Positions 51,616 to 64,000 of a stretch of 64,000 nucleotides of DNA are shown here, piece after piece; within the stretch, counting starts at the first letter, position 1; each line of letters opens with the position of its first letter. The DNA is from Botryllus schlosseri (taxonomy: Eukaryota): NCBI GenBank assembly GCA_051294905.1, contig CM119371.1:18292001-18356000 (forward strand). The letters run 5' to 3'. Under the pieces are notes generated by a model that saw only the letters and a list, made by a program, of their open reading frames with translations, made no database searches and was not told where the DNA came from. The translations under genes and the position numbers were made by a program.

Positions 51616-53877
51616 GTAGATTCTACCTAGCAGCTCATTATGAAGTCATTCTAGAATACGGGTCATGCATATCACAGGAGAAACATTGCAAACATTTCGA
51701 GGTCACCCTCTGATCGACCTTACTACTCCAACTTTTAATTTTTCCACAAACCCAAACGAAACATCTCTAAACAGTAATATGCTTTGTCTCAGTAGGCTAT
51801 TGACAATTTGGCATTTCAAATGAATTTGCACATGTGTATTTAATCTCAGACTGTCATCCTGTTGATCTGAGTCATGAAGTTTTAGCAGTAATGAAGCAAA
51901 ACTACCTTGTGATCCCTTAGCAGCCTCCCAAGACATTAGCTTAGAACTTTATATTTTTCACTCTTGTCTTACCTCTTTCATAACACAGCTTGCATTAAGT
52001 TATTACTCACCTCAGTTAGGCAGTCTTCTAGGGACTTAGCCGCGAAACATACTACTCGAAAATTGAAGTACTCGAATATCTAGCAATTAGATACATCACT
52101 GACATGAAAGAACAGCAAAGACTCTCTCCAAAATGTCAATGCCTATGCCCAAAACATCTCGAAAGTTCAATGTAAAGTAAAGGCTCTTGACACTCTGGAG
52201 TCTCGATGGAGCAGTGGTTCTCAATCTCAACCATCTCTCCAGCGCCCCCTAGAGGGTGATTTTGATGGGGCTGAAACTATACATTACTAAACTACGGAGG
52301 TTCGTAATCTATTGAAGCGCTCAAGGAGCGATATGAGGGGCGCTGCGATCAGAGCGTGGTATAAGGACGCTGGGGAGAAAATCGTCGCAGTAGATGATGA
52401 TCTAGGGACATGTGATTAAATAGTAGAACAATAGTTCTATACAGTCATCACCGAATTCTCATTGCAAATTAGCATTCGACAAAATCTGTCAAATCTCGAA
52501 ATTTATCACCACGCCCTGCGCGAAATACCGACGATGTTTGCGATATGTTTACATGAATGCAATCAGGACCGTAACTGCCGCACCCCAAACCCCAAAATTC
52601 CGGTGGGGTGAGCTTGAAGAGGACCCAAAATTATTTCATGAATGAACATAAATTATCCAACTTTACCAACAACAAAAATCGCGCTGCAGATAACATGCGA
52701 CTCCAAGAAGTGTGCCAGAACGATCGACAGCGAGGAAGATTAAGCCGAAATAACGACTGTCCGGATGCTGATCGAAAACTTCTATATATACACAATTACA
52801 TATATGTCTTATTGTCCATCGGCGCCTAAATGTCTGGTAGCGAATGTTCCTTTCCTGGCAATCTGATTAACCCCACAAGTCAAATGCCATTCCGCAGAGA
52901 AAAATTATTTCCCATTAAAAAAATACCAATTTGAAATCGTGCGGCAGGGGTTCTCAACCCGCGGCCCGCAGACGGGCATTTTGCGGTCCGCGACATCTCT
53001 CATTGTAAACGCAATTGCTGCTGGCACGATGTTGTTGAATAATAATTTAGCTACTTAGCTCTTTTGTCGCACATGCAGTCTCTGTCTCGTTTGATTACTG
53101 ATTCTTTGATGTTTTCTGGTTTTTTGATATATGTCCGAGTGTAGATTGTTATTGTGTTGAATCGGTATTCGGTTAGACTCTGGTTCAAGACAATTCCGTT
53201 GTGTAGTACACTTTTAAAGAGTGTTTCACTCACCGCGAATGGTTTGAATAGATACAAGAACAAGGAAGGGTAAATGAAATGGCGGGAACTGAGTTGGTAA
53301 GTCTGCGTGGAACAATCAATTTGCTTTCTCATGTACAAATGGAAAACCGATGAGACATATTTGTCGATGATCAGTTGTCGTAACGAAGCGTAGATGCTGA
53401 CTCACAGACATTGCATAGCAAATTATCTGGGTGCTTTTTATCTAGACTTACCATATTTTGGAAATCTAAAAAGAGGACACTTTTTCAGAAATTTGAGACT
53501 TGCTAAACCGGAGAAGAATTCTCAAAAATCAGTGAATTTTTCCCACTTTGTGACCGGTTGACTAAAAAAAAGGTCAACTTCCCGCTCACAGCTCAAAATA
53601 ACGTTTTTCACTCCACATTGCTAGGTGGATGACTAAAAAAAAAGGTCAACTTTTCGCTCAGAGCTCTAATCACCGTTTTTCACTCCGAAATACCCGCCGT
53701 AGCGTCACTTCTGTGCTAAATTCCGGCATATCATTCGCATTTTGCTCTAAGTGTGACCTAAATTTTCAAGAAAGAGGACAAAATGTCAAAAAAGAGGACA
53801 GAAGGGCGTCCTCTGAGGACACTTTCAAAAAATTCAAAAAAGAGGACAAATCCTCTTAAAAGAGGACGTATGGCAAC

Positions 53878-55499
53878 CAGAGTTGGATCAATTACAATAT
53901 TTTAAATCAATTACAATTACAATTACTTCATTGCATGTTTCAATTACATTACAATTACAATTACTTAATGCTAAAAATATCAAATGGCAATTACAATTAC
54001 AATTACTGTTAAACTTGTAATTATTTACAATTATAATTACTATTACAATTACTTTTAAATAGGGAATTGATTCAGTAAAGAGGTGTTCTTTGACAACCGT
54101 AGCGACGTAATTAGCAACAATCTCGAGCTATTCCTGTTTCATTCCTGATATGTAGAATACCCTTTATATAAAAAAAGTCGAACGTATTCGAACTATTCCT
54201 AATCACGAGTACTGAAAACTACAAGCACAGAAAAACGTTTCAAGCGACTGTTAAGAACCAATTGATTTGAGCGACTAACAGCGAATATAGGCCCCAGGAC
54301 AGTCAATGAAATGTAATCAAACGATTAGGCTACTCAGAGCTGAGTCAGGATCATGAAATGTAATTGGTATGGCGTCAGCGATAAGGATGATACCGATACG
54401 GTGCGTAAAATTAAAATAAATGCAAAAGGAAAGAACCTCCTGATAACTAAGAATTACAATATTTTGGTTCGCATTTACATTTTCACTTGCTCGGAAACTG
54501 TTAGATTGCATTTGATGAATATTAGGGTGCGAAAAGTTTTAGGCTCCAGTAAATTTGGCCAAGATTGGAGGTAAGATTGAGATAACATCTCTACGTGCGT
54601 GATCAAGTTTGATGAAGCCATGGTTGGAAACTTGATTTTTTTGCTGTTGTTGCAACAAGCCTCGGTACTGGTCAGAGATTTAATACTTTGACCGTGGTGT
54701 AGGAAAATGGTTCAGCACACGTTTCAGAACAGTTTATTTCCTGTTCATCCATTTTTGAAATATTAAGATTTAGTTTAGGCCACTGGTTCTTTAACTTTTT
54801 TAGACACGCCCCCTTATGACAGTGAATATTTCGTGCCCCCCTTATCGTCATAGCACACAATGAACATGAAAGTTAGCAATCCTCACATATAGTTTGATGG
54901 AATGGAAAGGTTATGACTGTGTAATGAAAGAATTCTCCAATACGAAAATCAGACTATGCACCGAGCAATAACCATAAAACGGAGGTGAATCGGGCCAAGC
55001 GCGGAAAAGATTTCAGTTCACCGGAGCGTCGCGCCCCGTTCAGATGCTTTCACGCCGCCCAAGAGGGGACCGCCCCCAGTTTGAGAACCACGGGTTTAGC
55101 CTATATTGTAATTCACAAAGTTTGCTGTGGCTACTAAAGTATGGGAAACAGTTTAGCGTGACCGAATTATCTAGTTATAACGCAGCACGCATAGAACACC
55201 GATGTAAATAGGCCAATTATTACATGTGGTGACTGTTTACTAAAACCTTAACACCCCTCGTCGTCATCCTGGTTCGTACCAAATTTTCCTGGTGCGACGA
55301 ATAAATGATTGATTGAATGATTATTTTATGTTGTGATTGTCAGGTTTCCATGAAAATGTAATTGATATTGTAATTGAGCAAAATTTTGATCAAATTACAG
55401 TTACAATTACACAAAATAGAAATGCATCAATTACAATTACATGAAAAAATGTATATATTACATTCAGCTCAATTACAAATTACAATTGATCCAACTCTG
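53878..55499. mobile_element. hAT-like element with CAATTA subterminal repeats
   Basis: TIR cagagttggatcaatt / aattgatccaactctg; TSD atggcaac/atggtaac. Confidence 0.9.
54781..55093. mobile_element. hAT-like MITE (relative of 23512-23828)
   Basis: Ends cactggttct / agaaccacgg; TSD gtttaggc/gtttagcc. Confidence 0.8.
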
Positions 55500-58389
55500 A
55501 TGGTAACCCTATTTTTATCAGAGTGGAAATGCGGGCAGGGCAAACGCGGGGAGGGCCGAGCGAAAAACATCAACTTGACAAAGCTGACTCCTATCTGTAT
55601 GACTATTGGTGCATGGCTCTAGCCATGGAAGTAAGGGAGTAGGGTTGATTGGTTTGTTCAGAAATGACCCGAATGCCAGACTTCTTCTCATGTCACTGAT
55701 AACTCAAAGTGATAATGGCGTCTTTGTAACGAAAAAGCTACCGTAATTTGATACTTGCTCGCTCACGTATTGAAACAGAGAGTTCGGTTCTCTGGTGGAA
55801 GGGCTTGAAGGTCCATATACCGACTTGGCAACTAATGCAGTGTACCCTAAATGACGGGATATACTTGCGCCGCTGTAAAATAATATTCTCACAAAAATAA
55901 CCGCAAACTCACGAACACCGTCCATTAATGCTTTAGAGAGCAGAAAAATGTACTAAACGCCCGTATACGACTGTTAAATATGCTAGAGTAGCCTAAATTT
56001 AATAGTAGCCCACAAATTATCGGAAATAATGTTCTGCGGCCCTCAATGTATTTTGCTGTTAAAATGCGGCCCGTTATGCAAGGGAAGTTGAGAACCCCTG
56101 TCGTACGGCATCGTGGAACATGACCTACCTTATTCCATGATTTTTATTTCGGAATATTATTGTTACACCTCATTCAAACCTTAATATTCACCTATTCATT
56201 CGTAGTCGTAGTATGACTTAAATATGTAAGTCATGATGACATTACCTATAGCAGTGGTTCCCAACCTTTTTCTCTTCATTCCCCACTTCAGATATATTCC
56301 GAGCCTTCATTCCCCACCAGGACTGTAACAGCACTTTGTCAGCCCCCCCAAAAAAAACGTTGGTGTTGCCCCCCCCCCACAGGGTGGTAAACCCAACTTC
56401 TGAGGGGTACGCCCCCAGAACCCCTTCATCCTGTACGCTTTCCCCCCGTCACTTATCAGCTACATTGGGTCTACTGTTGCGAGCGTCGCCTTATTTCGAC
56501 CAAACGAGCGAAGCGCGAAAAAATTATATGATTCATGTTTGAATCGGTCAATATGATCGGGATTTGCATATATTTTGCTATCATTTTTTTTTATCTCCTC
56601 TCTGCTCAGGTAATCATATTTACCAGTAGAGCTTAGTAAGGTGTTTTAGAAAAGGTAAGACCCCTAAAGAAGTAGCCTATTAAACATCTTCGGGCGGACC
56701 CGTCCGTATATTGACTTCGTTACAATATGTTATTTCGTGACCTCCCACATCTGCTATTTCAAAAGATATGGAAATCGCCATAACTAAAAGGCACACACGA
56801 TTTCAAATAGGTATTGCTTTACTGGCAAAAAAATTGTCATTTAGGGTTCAGATCGCCAGGACAGGAACATTCGGCGCCAGCTTTTTAGCCACCTATGGAC
56901 ATCGGACAATTGAACAGATATTTTTTCGGTTCTGGTTTTTGTGGTATTCACTATTCATGGCGTTTCTCGACTACTATGGTCATTTACACCAGGCCGATAT
57001 TCTTCATTATTTTCCGTAACTTCTGACTTATAGCACGGCCCTCCTCTAGGCCTTTTGTAAGACGCCGCTTGCGCGGTCGAGAATTAGACATATATATATT
57101 TGTATATTGCATTCCTTCTCGGTTCTCGGCCAAGCTATTTTCGCTGCTGATTGTTCTTGCACACTTCTTGGAGTCGTATGTTACGTGGCTTATAACCTCA
57201 TAGGTGCTGGTGCGTCGAGGCGCAGTAATGGCCGACGCCGAAGTCTCCATTTCTATCAAATCTGCGGAGTTTCGTGGGGGAAGGGTACATTAAATCGCGC
57301 AACCAGTGCGAAAATATTCTGAAAAAGTGCTTAAATTGAAAAAAAACCTCAATTTATTTCAATACACGAAATAATTTTGGGCCCCTTAGAGCTCGCCCCC
57401 ACTTGCGGGCAGTGGTGGCTTTTGGGGTGGGTGAGGTGGGCGGTCGCCCTGCCCCCCTTTTGGATTATGCGCTTTTTTCAAGGATAATAACGAATAAACA
57501 TGGAAATACGTGTACCAAGCGGTACAGATGTGTCAATCATCATCCAATTTCTGCATTTGTTAAAAAAGTCCCGTATCCCGATAATCATCAAGTCTCTGCA
57601 TGCGGTAGAATTACTTAGTTTTGATAAAGTCTATCCTTACACGCATGCAATAACAGACATGGCCGAATCCAGCACCTGACCAAACTTTGGTGGGGTCGAA
57701 GATAGATAATAATAACAGAGCCTCCCCCATAAGTTACGGTTGAATACCTGAAGTCCCCCATCCCCCCCCCCCCCCGATAAGTCTCGCCCGTACAGTCAGT
57801 ATTTGACCCGTGCGCTGTGAAAGGCCCAGGTATGCCCTACGCTAATCTACAAGCCTTCGGGGACCCCTCATTTTCAGGAAGTCACAAAACAAGTCTACCT
57901 CAAGTGTACAACTGTACGATCTAGCCTACATTGTACATATAGCCTACCATGTGCTGTGTGCAGGAATGTACCAGTGTAAAGCTACTCAGGAAGACTTGTA
58001 CCCCTTTAGTTAGTTAACTGTCGATTCATTAACGTTTTTTATGCGGCTGTCAGGATAACGGAGATACCTGTGTTTAAAAGTGAATCGACTCTTCCGATAT
58101 TAAAGATGACAAACTACATGGCGATCATATTTTGTAGCGGGTGGTACATGAACAAATGACGGCTGAAAGCAACGTCATTGTGAAACGAGCGTTCCTGCCA
58201 TCCACGCGAATAGGAAACTAAGTGCTAAATTGCGGAAATATTACACTCAAAGATTTTTATTACCACATCAACATGCCTCTTCGTAGTGTTCAAGGAAGAT
58301 TTCCCACATAAAACATGGCTATGATTCTTACCACCAACATGCATATCTATATAAAGGAATCATGATATTATTCTTTCTTACATAACATC

Positions 58390-61222
58390 TCATTTACAAT
58401 TTTTTACACCACTGTGAACATCAATATGAACTTTCAAGTCATATCTGCTATAGAACTTTTTCCCACAAACATCGCATTCATGATTTTTGATGCCAGCATG
58501 AATTTTTAGATGCCTCCTTAGGTTCGATTTATCAGTAAATCCCCTGCCACAAATATAACAATTGTGATTCTTGACACCTATATGCATATCCAAATGATTC
58601 TTGAGCCCCTCCTTTAGAGCGAATTCTCTCCCACAAATGTCACATTTATGATTTTTGATACCAGCATCTACAGCATGAGTACCAATATGGATCCTCAGGT
58701 AAGATCTTGAAGGAAATCCTTTTCCACAAACACCACAGAATATATGATTCTTGACACCAACGTGCACATCCATATGAATATAGAGGGATTGCCTGGTGGT
58801 GAATTCTTTTCCGCAGACAATGCAGCTATGACTCTTGACACTGGCATGCACTTCCGCATGAGTTCTGAGATGACTTCTTTGAATAAATTTTTTTCCACAA
58901 ATTTCACACTCATATCTTTTTACACCTGCATGCATAGCCAAATAGGCCCGGATACCTGAATTCTGAGCAAATCCTTTCCCACAAATATCACATTCAAGAT
59001 TCTGGACATGGACACCTGCATGCATATCCAAATGATCCCGGAGACGCCCCCTCTCAACAAATCCTTTCCCACAAATATCACATTTATGATTTTTCACGCC
59101 AGTATGAGTGTTAAGGTGCCTCTTCAAGTTAGATCTTGCAGTGAATACTTTACCGCAAACGCCACAGCCATGCTTGACACCGGCATGCCTATCAGTATGA
59201 ACCTTCAGATTACTACTTTGAGCAAATGCTTTCCCACAAATTTCACATTCATGATTTCTCACGCCAGTATGAATACCAAGATGATTCTTCAAGTAAGGTC
59301 TTGCAGTAAATATTTTCCCACAAACACCACAGCTATGATTGACACCGACATGCCTATCGGTATGAACCTTCAGATTACTACTTTGAGCAAATGCTTTCCC
59401 ACAAATTTCACATTCATGATTTCTCACGCCAGTATGAATACCAAGATGATTCTTCAAGTAAGATCTTGCAGTAAATATTTTCCCACAAACACCACATCTA
59501 TGATTTACACCGATATGCCTATCGGTATGAACCTTCAGATTACTACTTATGGCAAATGCTTTCCCACAAATTTCACATTCATGCTTTCTCACGCCAGTAT
59601 GAATGCCAAGATGATTCTTCAAGTTAGATCAGTGGTTCTTAACCTTGCCCCCAGCGCCCCCCAGGGGGCGCTGGCGATTTTGAAGGGGGGCGGAAACGCT
59701 CAGGGGGCGATATGGGGGGCGCTGGGCTCAGGGGGGCGGTATGGGGGGCGCTGGAGAAAAATGGCGTCGCAGTAGATGATGTGGTGATGGGACATATCCT
59801 TAATGAGTATTCAGAGCAAATTAACCCCGAAAACTTCGTTACATATAGCCTTCAAAATACATATAGGTTTAATTGTCCATGGGCGCCTATATGACTGACA
59901 CCGAATGTTCCTGTCTTGGCAATCTGAACCCCAGAAGACGAATTCCATCTGGCAGGGAAAAATTATATGTCAGTGAAAAAATACCAATCTGAAATCGTGT
60001 GCGTCTTTCAGTTTAGTACGATTGGGCGACAGGGATATTCCTGTTGGGCGATATCCCCGTTGAGCGATTCTATATTTTTTTGATATTGCAGACAGGGGGT
60101 CACGAAATAACATCATGCAACGAAGTCATACCAACGGGTTCGCCCGCCCGAATATGTTCAATTATTAGTAACGGGCCCTCCAGTTTCCAAGAAACCTCAC
60201 AATGTTCGCTTTAAGTTTTGATGAGTCTGCGCACACTCAACAACTCACTGCGCTGACCCTTGGACAACAGTGCGTAACGACTAAAAAAAGGTATTATTTC
60301 CGGATTTATTGTGCGCAACGTAGATTTTCTGTGCGCAGAGACCGTGTCAGCACTGCGCACGTGCGCAGCTTAGAGGGCACATTGCACCTCACTCAGCTCT
60401 ACAGGTAAATGTGTTTACGTGAGCAGAGAGAGGATAAAAATTGATCTCAATTTACATGCAATTCCCGATGATATTGACCAATTCAATCATTAATTAGTGA
60501 AATTTTTCGCACCCGAATATGTTTAATTATTAATTACGTGCCCTTTATTTTCCTGTACAACAGCTCACTCAGAGCTACTGGTAAATCTGATTACGTGGGC
60601 TGAGAGGATAAGACGTTTATAGCGATGTGATTACCACCTATTCATTCATGCATTATAGGAAATTTAGGTACCTAGGGCGACCAGGCCACACAAACTTTGC
60701 TGACCATCGAAATCACGCCATGGGATTCGTGGGGGCGAAGCCCTCAGAAGTTTGGTTTATCACGGTATGGGTGCGCAAGGCAATCGTTTTTAGGGGGGTT
60801 GACGAAGTGCTGTTACGGCCCTCCCTGTTACTCATTGTCTTTATTACATTCCTGACAATATGAAGTTGGGGGGCGCTGGAGCACAATAATTATTGAAAGG
60901 GGGCGCTGGAAGAAAAAAGGTTAAGAACCACTGAGTTAGATCTTGCAGCAAATACTTTCCCACAAACATCACATCTATGATTGACACCGATATGCCTATC
61001 AGTATGAACCTTCAGATTACTACTTTGAGCAAATGCTTTCCCACAAATTTCACATTCATGATTTCTCACGCCAGTATGGGTATCGAGATGCCTCTTCAAG
61101 TCCTGCCGTGCGGAAAATTCTTTTCCACAAATATAGCAATCGTGATTTTTGATAAATATACGTTGTTCACCGACTGTATACCTCATCATATGCCTCCTCA
61201 AGCTGAATCGATATGAGAACAC
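58390..61222 (-). pseudogene. Tandem C2H2 zinc-finger gene, 17 fingers (paralog 3), disrupted in finger 3 by a transposon
   Basis: ORFs 60890-61222 and 58390-59622 rejoin in frame (...VFAARSN-LKNHLGIH...) once 59630-60941 is removed; no other stops; finger 11 has H>Y. Confidence 0.88.
59630..60933. mobile_element. hAT (Charlie-like) non-autonomous element inserted in ZNF paralog 3
   Basis: Perfect 17-bp TIR cagtggttcttaacctt / aaggttaagaaccactg; perfect TSD agttagat (59622-59629, 60934-60941); nested CAATGTTC MITE 60200-60384. Confidence 0.97.
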
Positions 61223-61943
61223 TGAGGCGACTGAGCAGCAATTGTCTCAATATCTCAATGATGACGAGTCACAATGAAGGCTCACAACACGTGGCTCAGT
61301 GTCTGGCCTTCAGAAAAGTTCTTTCCATGAACACGCGGCAGGGTTTTTGATGACACGGCAAGTTGATGTTAGAGTCCAAGATACAGTGCGGGGGTTGTGC
61401 AACGACCCTGTATTTGGTGTTCTGCTTGAAAGGTCTACGCATAGGGTTTCGTATAAAGCTAGAATGGATGATATATAAAATAATAAAGCACAACTTGCTT
61501 TTGGTGTCAACATTTTATGGAAGTCAGAATGACTAGGAAAGTCTACTGATAACACATATATCTCGAGCCCCAAAAAACACCAAGGCTTCAAAATGGAAAT
61601 GTCAGGAAGAAGTATCTGTCCGCAATTTCTGACAATGCAGGCCAGAGGTAAGAGTTAGATTTCATATCGAATTGTATTAGCTAGCAAGTAGAATTAGCTG
61701 ATATATATTGTTAAATATATCCAATAACTGAAGACAACAAGACACCTGGATACACCAGGGAGACGTCAGATTTTGCGGGGTATCAGTTGGCAACCTATAC
61801 ATAAATTTAGATTACACCGTCGTCAGCTACACTTAACGGAAGGCATGCAAGGTTCAATTTTGAAGACTTAGTTCTGCATTAATCAGTTCGGAGACACTCT
61901 AAAAATTAAAGGGATCCAAGTATAGTTTCGACTTACATTTAAC
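61223..61943. repeat. 5' flank of paralog 3, close duplicate of 16069-16787
   Basis: Aligns almost base for base with the paralog 1 flank up to ...cgacttacatttaac. Confidence 0.95.
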
Positions 61944-63599
61944 CAGGGCTTTGGAGCCAGAGCCGGAGCCCGGAGCCCCGGAGCCGTGCATTTTTACCAG
62001 ATCTGGAGCCGGAGCCGCAGCTCCACATAGAATTCAGCCGGAGCCGGAGCCGGAGCTGGAGCCAGTTATTAGAGGTTTAGCTCCGGCCCCAACGTATTTC
62101 ATAAGATACTCTTATATATATGCAACAACCACATCTGCTGAGTTCAGATAATTCAACAGCAGGCCTTCGCGAAATTACGAATCTTTTCCTCCTTTCCGAC
62201 CAACCATGTTCCTTGGGATTTACCAGCAGAGCAGTCATATGTTCGATGTTCAATTTTCATACATGAGTGCAGAACCTCGGTATGCTAAATATGCCTGAGA
62301 ATATTGTGGGTATTCGGCATACCCGCAATTTCATCGCATCACAACCTTGATGGCCAATCGTACGGTTCGAAAATAATGATCGCTATGTATTACGCGAATG
62401 GGAGAGAGGATAAAAACGCGATTTCGTTGCACATGTAGATGTGACAACCACGGGCCGAGAAATTCCAACTCATCGTTGCTATGAATTGGATGAGCACAAA
62501 CTCGTTCTTTCGTGATAGTTCTTTAAAGCGGGCCGCGAAATTGGACAGTGTTATTGTGTATGCAATTATACATGCGAATTGGAATTCATTACTGCGAAGT
62601 GCGCATGATCGTCATTCACTACAGTGAGGATTTTCGAATGGAAATAGGGGATGGCAGAAGAGTAGCCCAAAACGCCGGTACACTCAGCAAAGAATTGTCG
62701 CGGTGCGAACTAATCAATGCGATGTCAAGACCCCATGGTGTTTTATGTTGGAGACAAATTATCGCGCACTGTGACTTGTAAATGTGCCTTGTGCAATGTG
62801 CTTACTGCATAGTTTAATTCGTTATGGGTATGGCGCAATGTGCATGGCGCAGTGTCTAATTCGATTATCCGATTCGTGTAAACGAGAAAATATTATATTC
62901 GGATAAACTTGATCGACACCGGATGGACTGGTAACGAGTGCACCAGTACTGAACGTCAAACCATTGACCATTTGAACAATTTGGTACATATCGAATTCCT
63001 ATTCATGATGTCGTGATATCCCCCCATATTGCTCTTACTACATCTACAGTTGAATAATATAATCGCACATTTAAAGATTGAATTGAGCTGTATGGCTTAA
63101 TGTTAACGAGTGCAGTGCCAGTGCTAAAACGCCCAATCAGAATGCCGTACACAGCAATGACATGGAGTAAAGTGCGTTCTAGTGCAACTATGATGCTATC
63201 GACAATTGTCAAGTATTCATTATGACGTTACCAGCCGGCCATGCGACACCCACGCCAGGCGCGTAAAATTGTCGAAGTTAATATTATTCTCACTTCGGTA
63301 TATTGTGCTCATGATGCATCCTCTCGCATGATGTCTATAACTCATTCATTGAAAAAATCATGCCCGACCCAAGAACAATTTTATTCAAATATTTGAAAAT
63401 GTGATTTTTTCCGCGTCAAGCGTGAATAGTAAATTGCATTTCCACGATGTGCATGGAATGCATGTCTGCATGGTCCTGTCAAATAACGCCTATACTTCGA
63501 AATTATTCATTGAATATCCCTATTATTGATGCTGCGGCCCGCGGCGTCATCAAAAACTAGGAAATTGGCCCGCGAGCACATTTGAGTTTGAGACCTCTG
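61944..63599. mobile_element. Fused relics of two hAT-like elements (GGAGCC-repeat left end; Charlie-like right end)
   Basis: Left cagggctttggagccagagccggagcc; right gcggcccgc...gagtttgagacctctg followed by atctagat; ends do not match each other. Confidence 0.65.
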
Positions 63600-64000
63600 A
63601 TCTAGATGGTGGTCCAGGAACCTCGAGCCCTGAGTAGTATTTAGCATTTTCCGTGCGTTGCAGCCTTGCTCATCGTTACTTCGATTAGGTCAGGGGTGGC
63701 CAACTTGCGATCGTCAATATATGTGCAATTTGAATTTACAAATTACTTACAAAATCTTTGAGGGATTCTAATTCAACATAACACTTTTCTTCACGCTTAG
63801 CGCGATTCAGGGTGACTTAGATTTTTCGTTTTTAATATAATAATATGTCCTTGCAATCGAGGCTTGATCGCGTACAAATGCAAACCGGAGGGGAAAACGA
63901 TGCGTCTGATAAAAATACTAAGTCGGAATTGTGTGCCTCACACGAATGAAGGTTTTTCACACACATTTGGGCGACTCGCTTGACTCATACCGACAATCCT

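Larger units (their letters stand above)
53443..55511. mobile_element. TAGGGTTACCATA-family MITE interrupted in its right TIR
   Basis: Perfect TSD tttttatc; body matches 27990-28429. Confidence 0.9.
52945..56100. mobile_element. hAT (Charlie/Buster-like) deletion derivative hosting three nested MITEs
   Basis: Perfect TIR caggggttctcaac / gttgagaacccctg; TSD tcgtgcgg/tcgtacgg; relic WNNQFAFSCTNGKPMRHIC (~53308-53365, +) resembles the BED-finger N-terminus. Confidence 0.85.

Noticed and set aside
59630..60933. Clean Introner-type self-removing intron
   Set aside because: In-frame TGA at the element/TSD junction prevents precise restoration; only an imperfect splice is conceivable.

Overview
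Eukaryotic, AT-rich, transposon-saturated DNA, probably from a marine invertebrate (an ascidian is a guess only). The only host genes I can support are three paralogous tandem C2H2 zinc-finger genes, all on the minus strand: 16 fingers at 14.6-16.1 kb, 11 fingers at 43.6-44.6 kb and 17 fingers at 58.4-61.2 kb. The third is split by a 1.3-kb hAT-type insertion with a perfect 8-bp TSD. The genes sit in tandemly duplicated genomic units whose non-coding backbones are still collinear, so one unit supplies the empty site for insertions in another. The paralogs differ by N-terminal finger-pair expansions and by substitutions in the recognition helices. They use atypical xGVKN linkers, show no effector domain and share a dead upstream finger with TGA at the first Cys position. 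The rest is nested non-autonomous DNA transposons: many hAT-like MITEs with 8-bp TSDs; P/Galileo-like and hAT-like foldbacks; a decayed EnSpm/CACTA-type element carrying a spliced DUF4806-like pseudogene; and a Merlin-like MITE filled with head-to-head telomere-like repeats. There is also a short TG..CA element with a hammerhead-like fold. All family assignments are by eye, without database searches.
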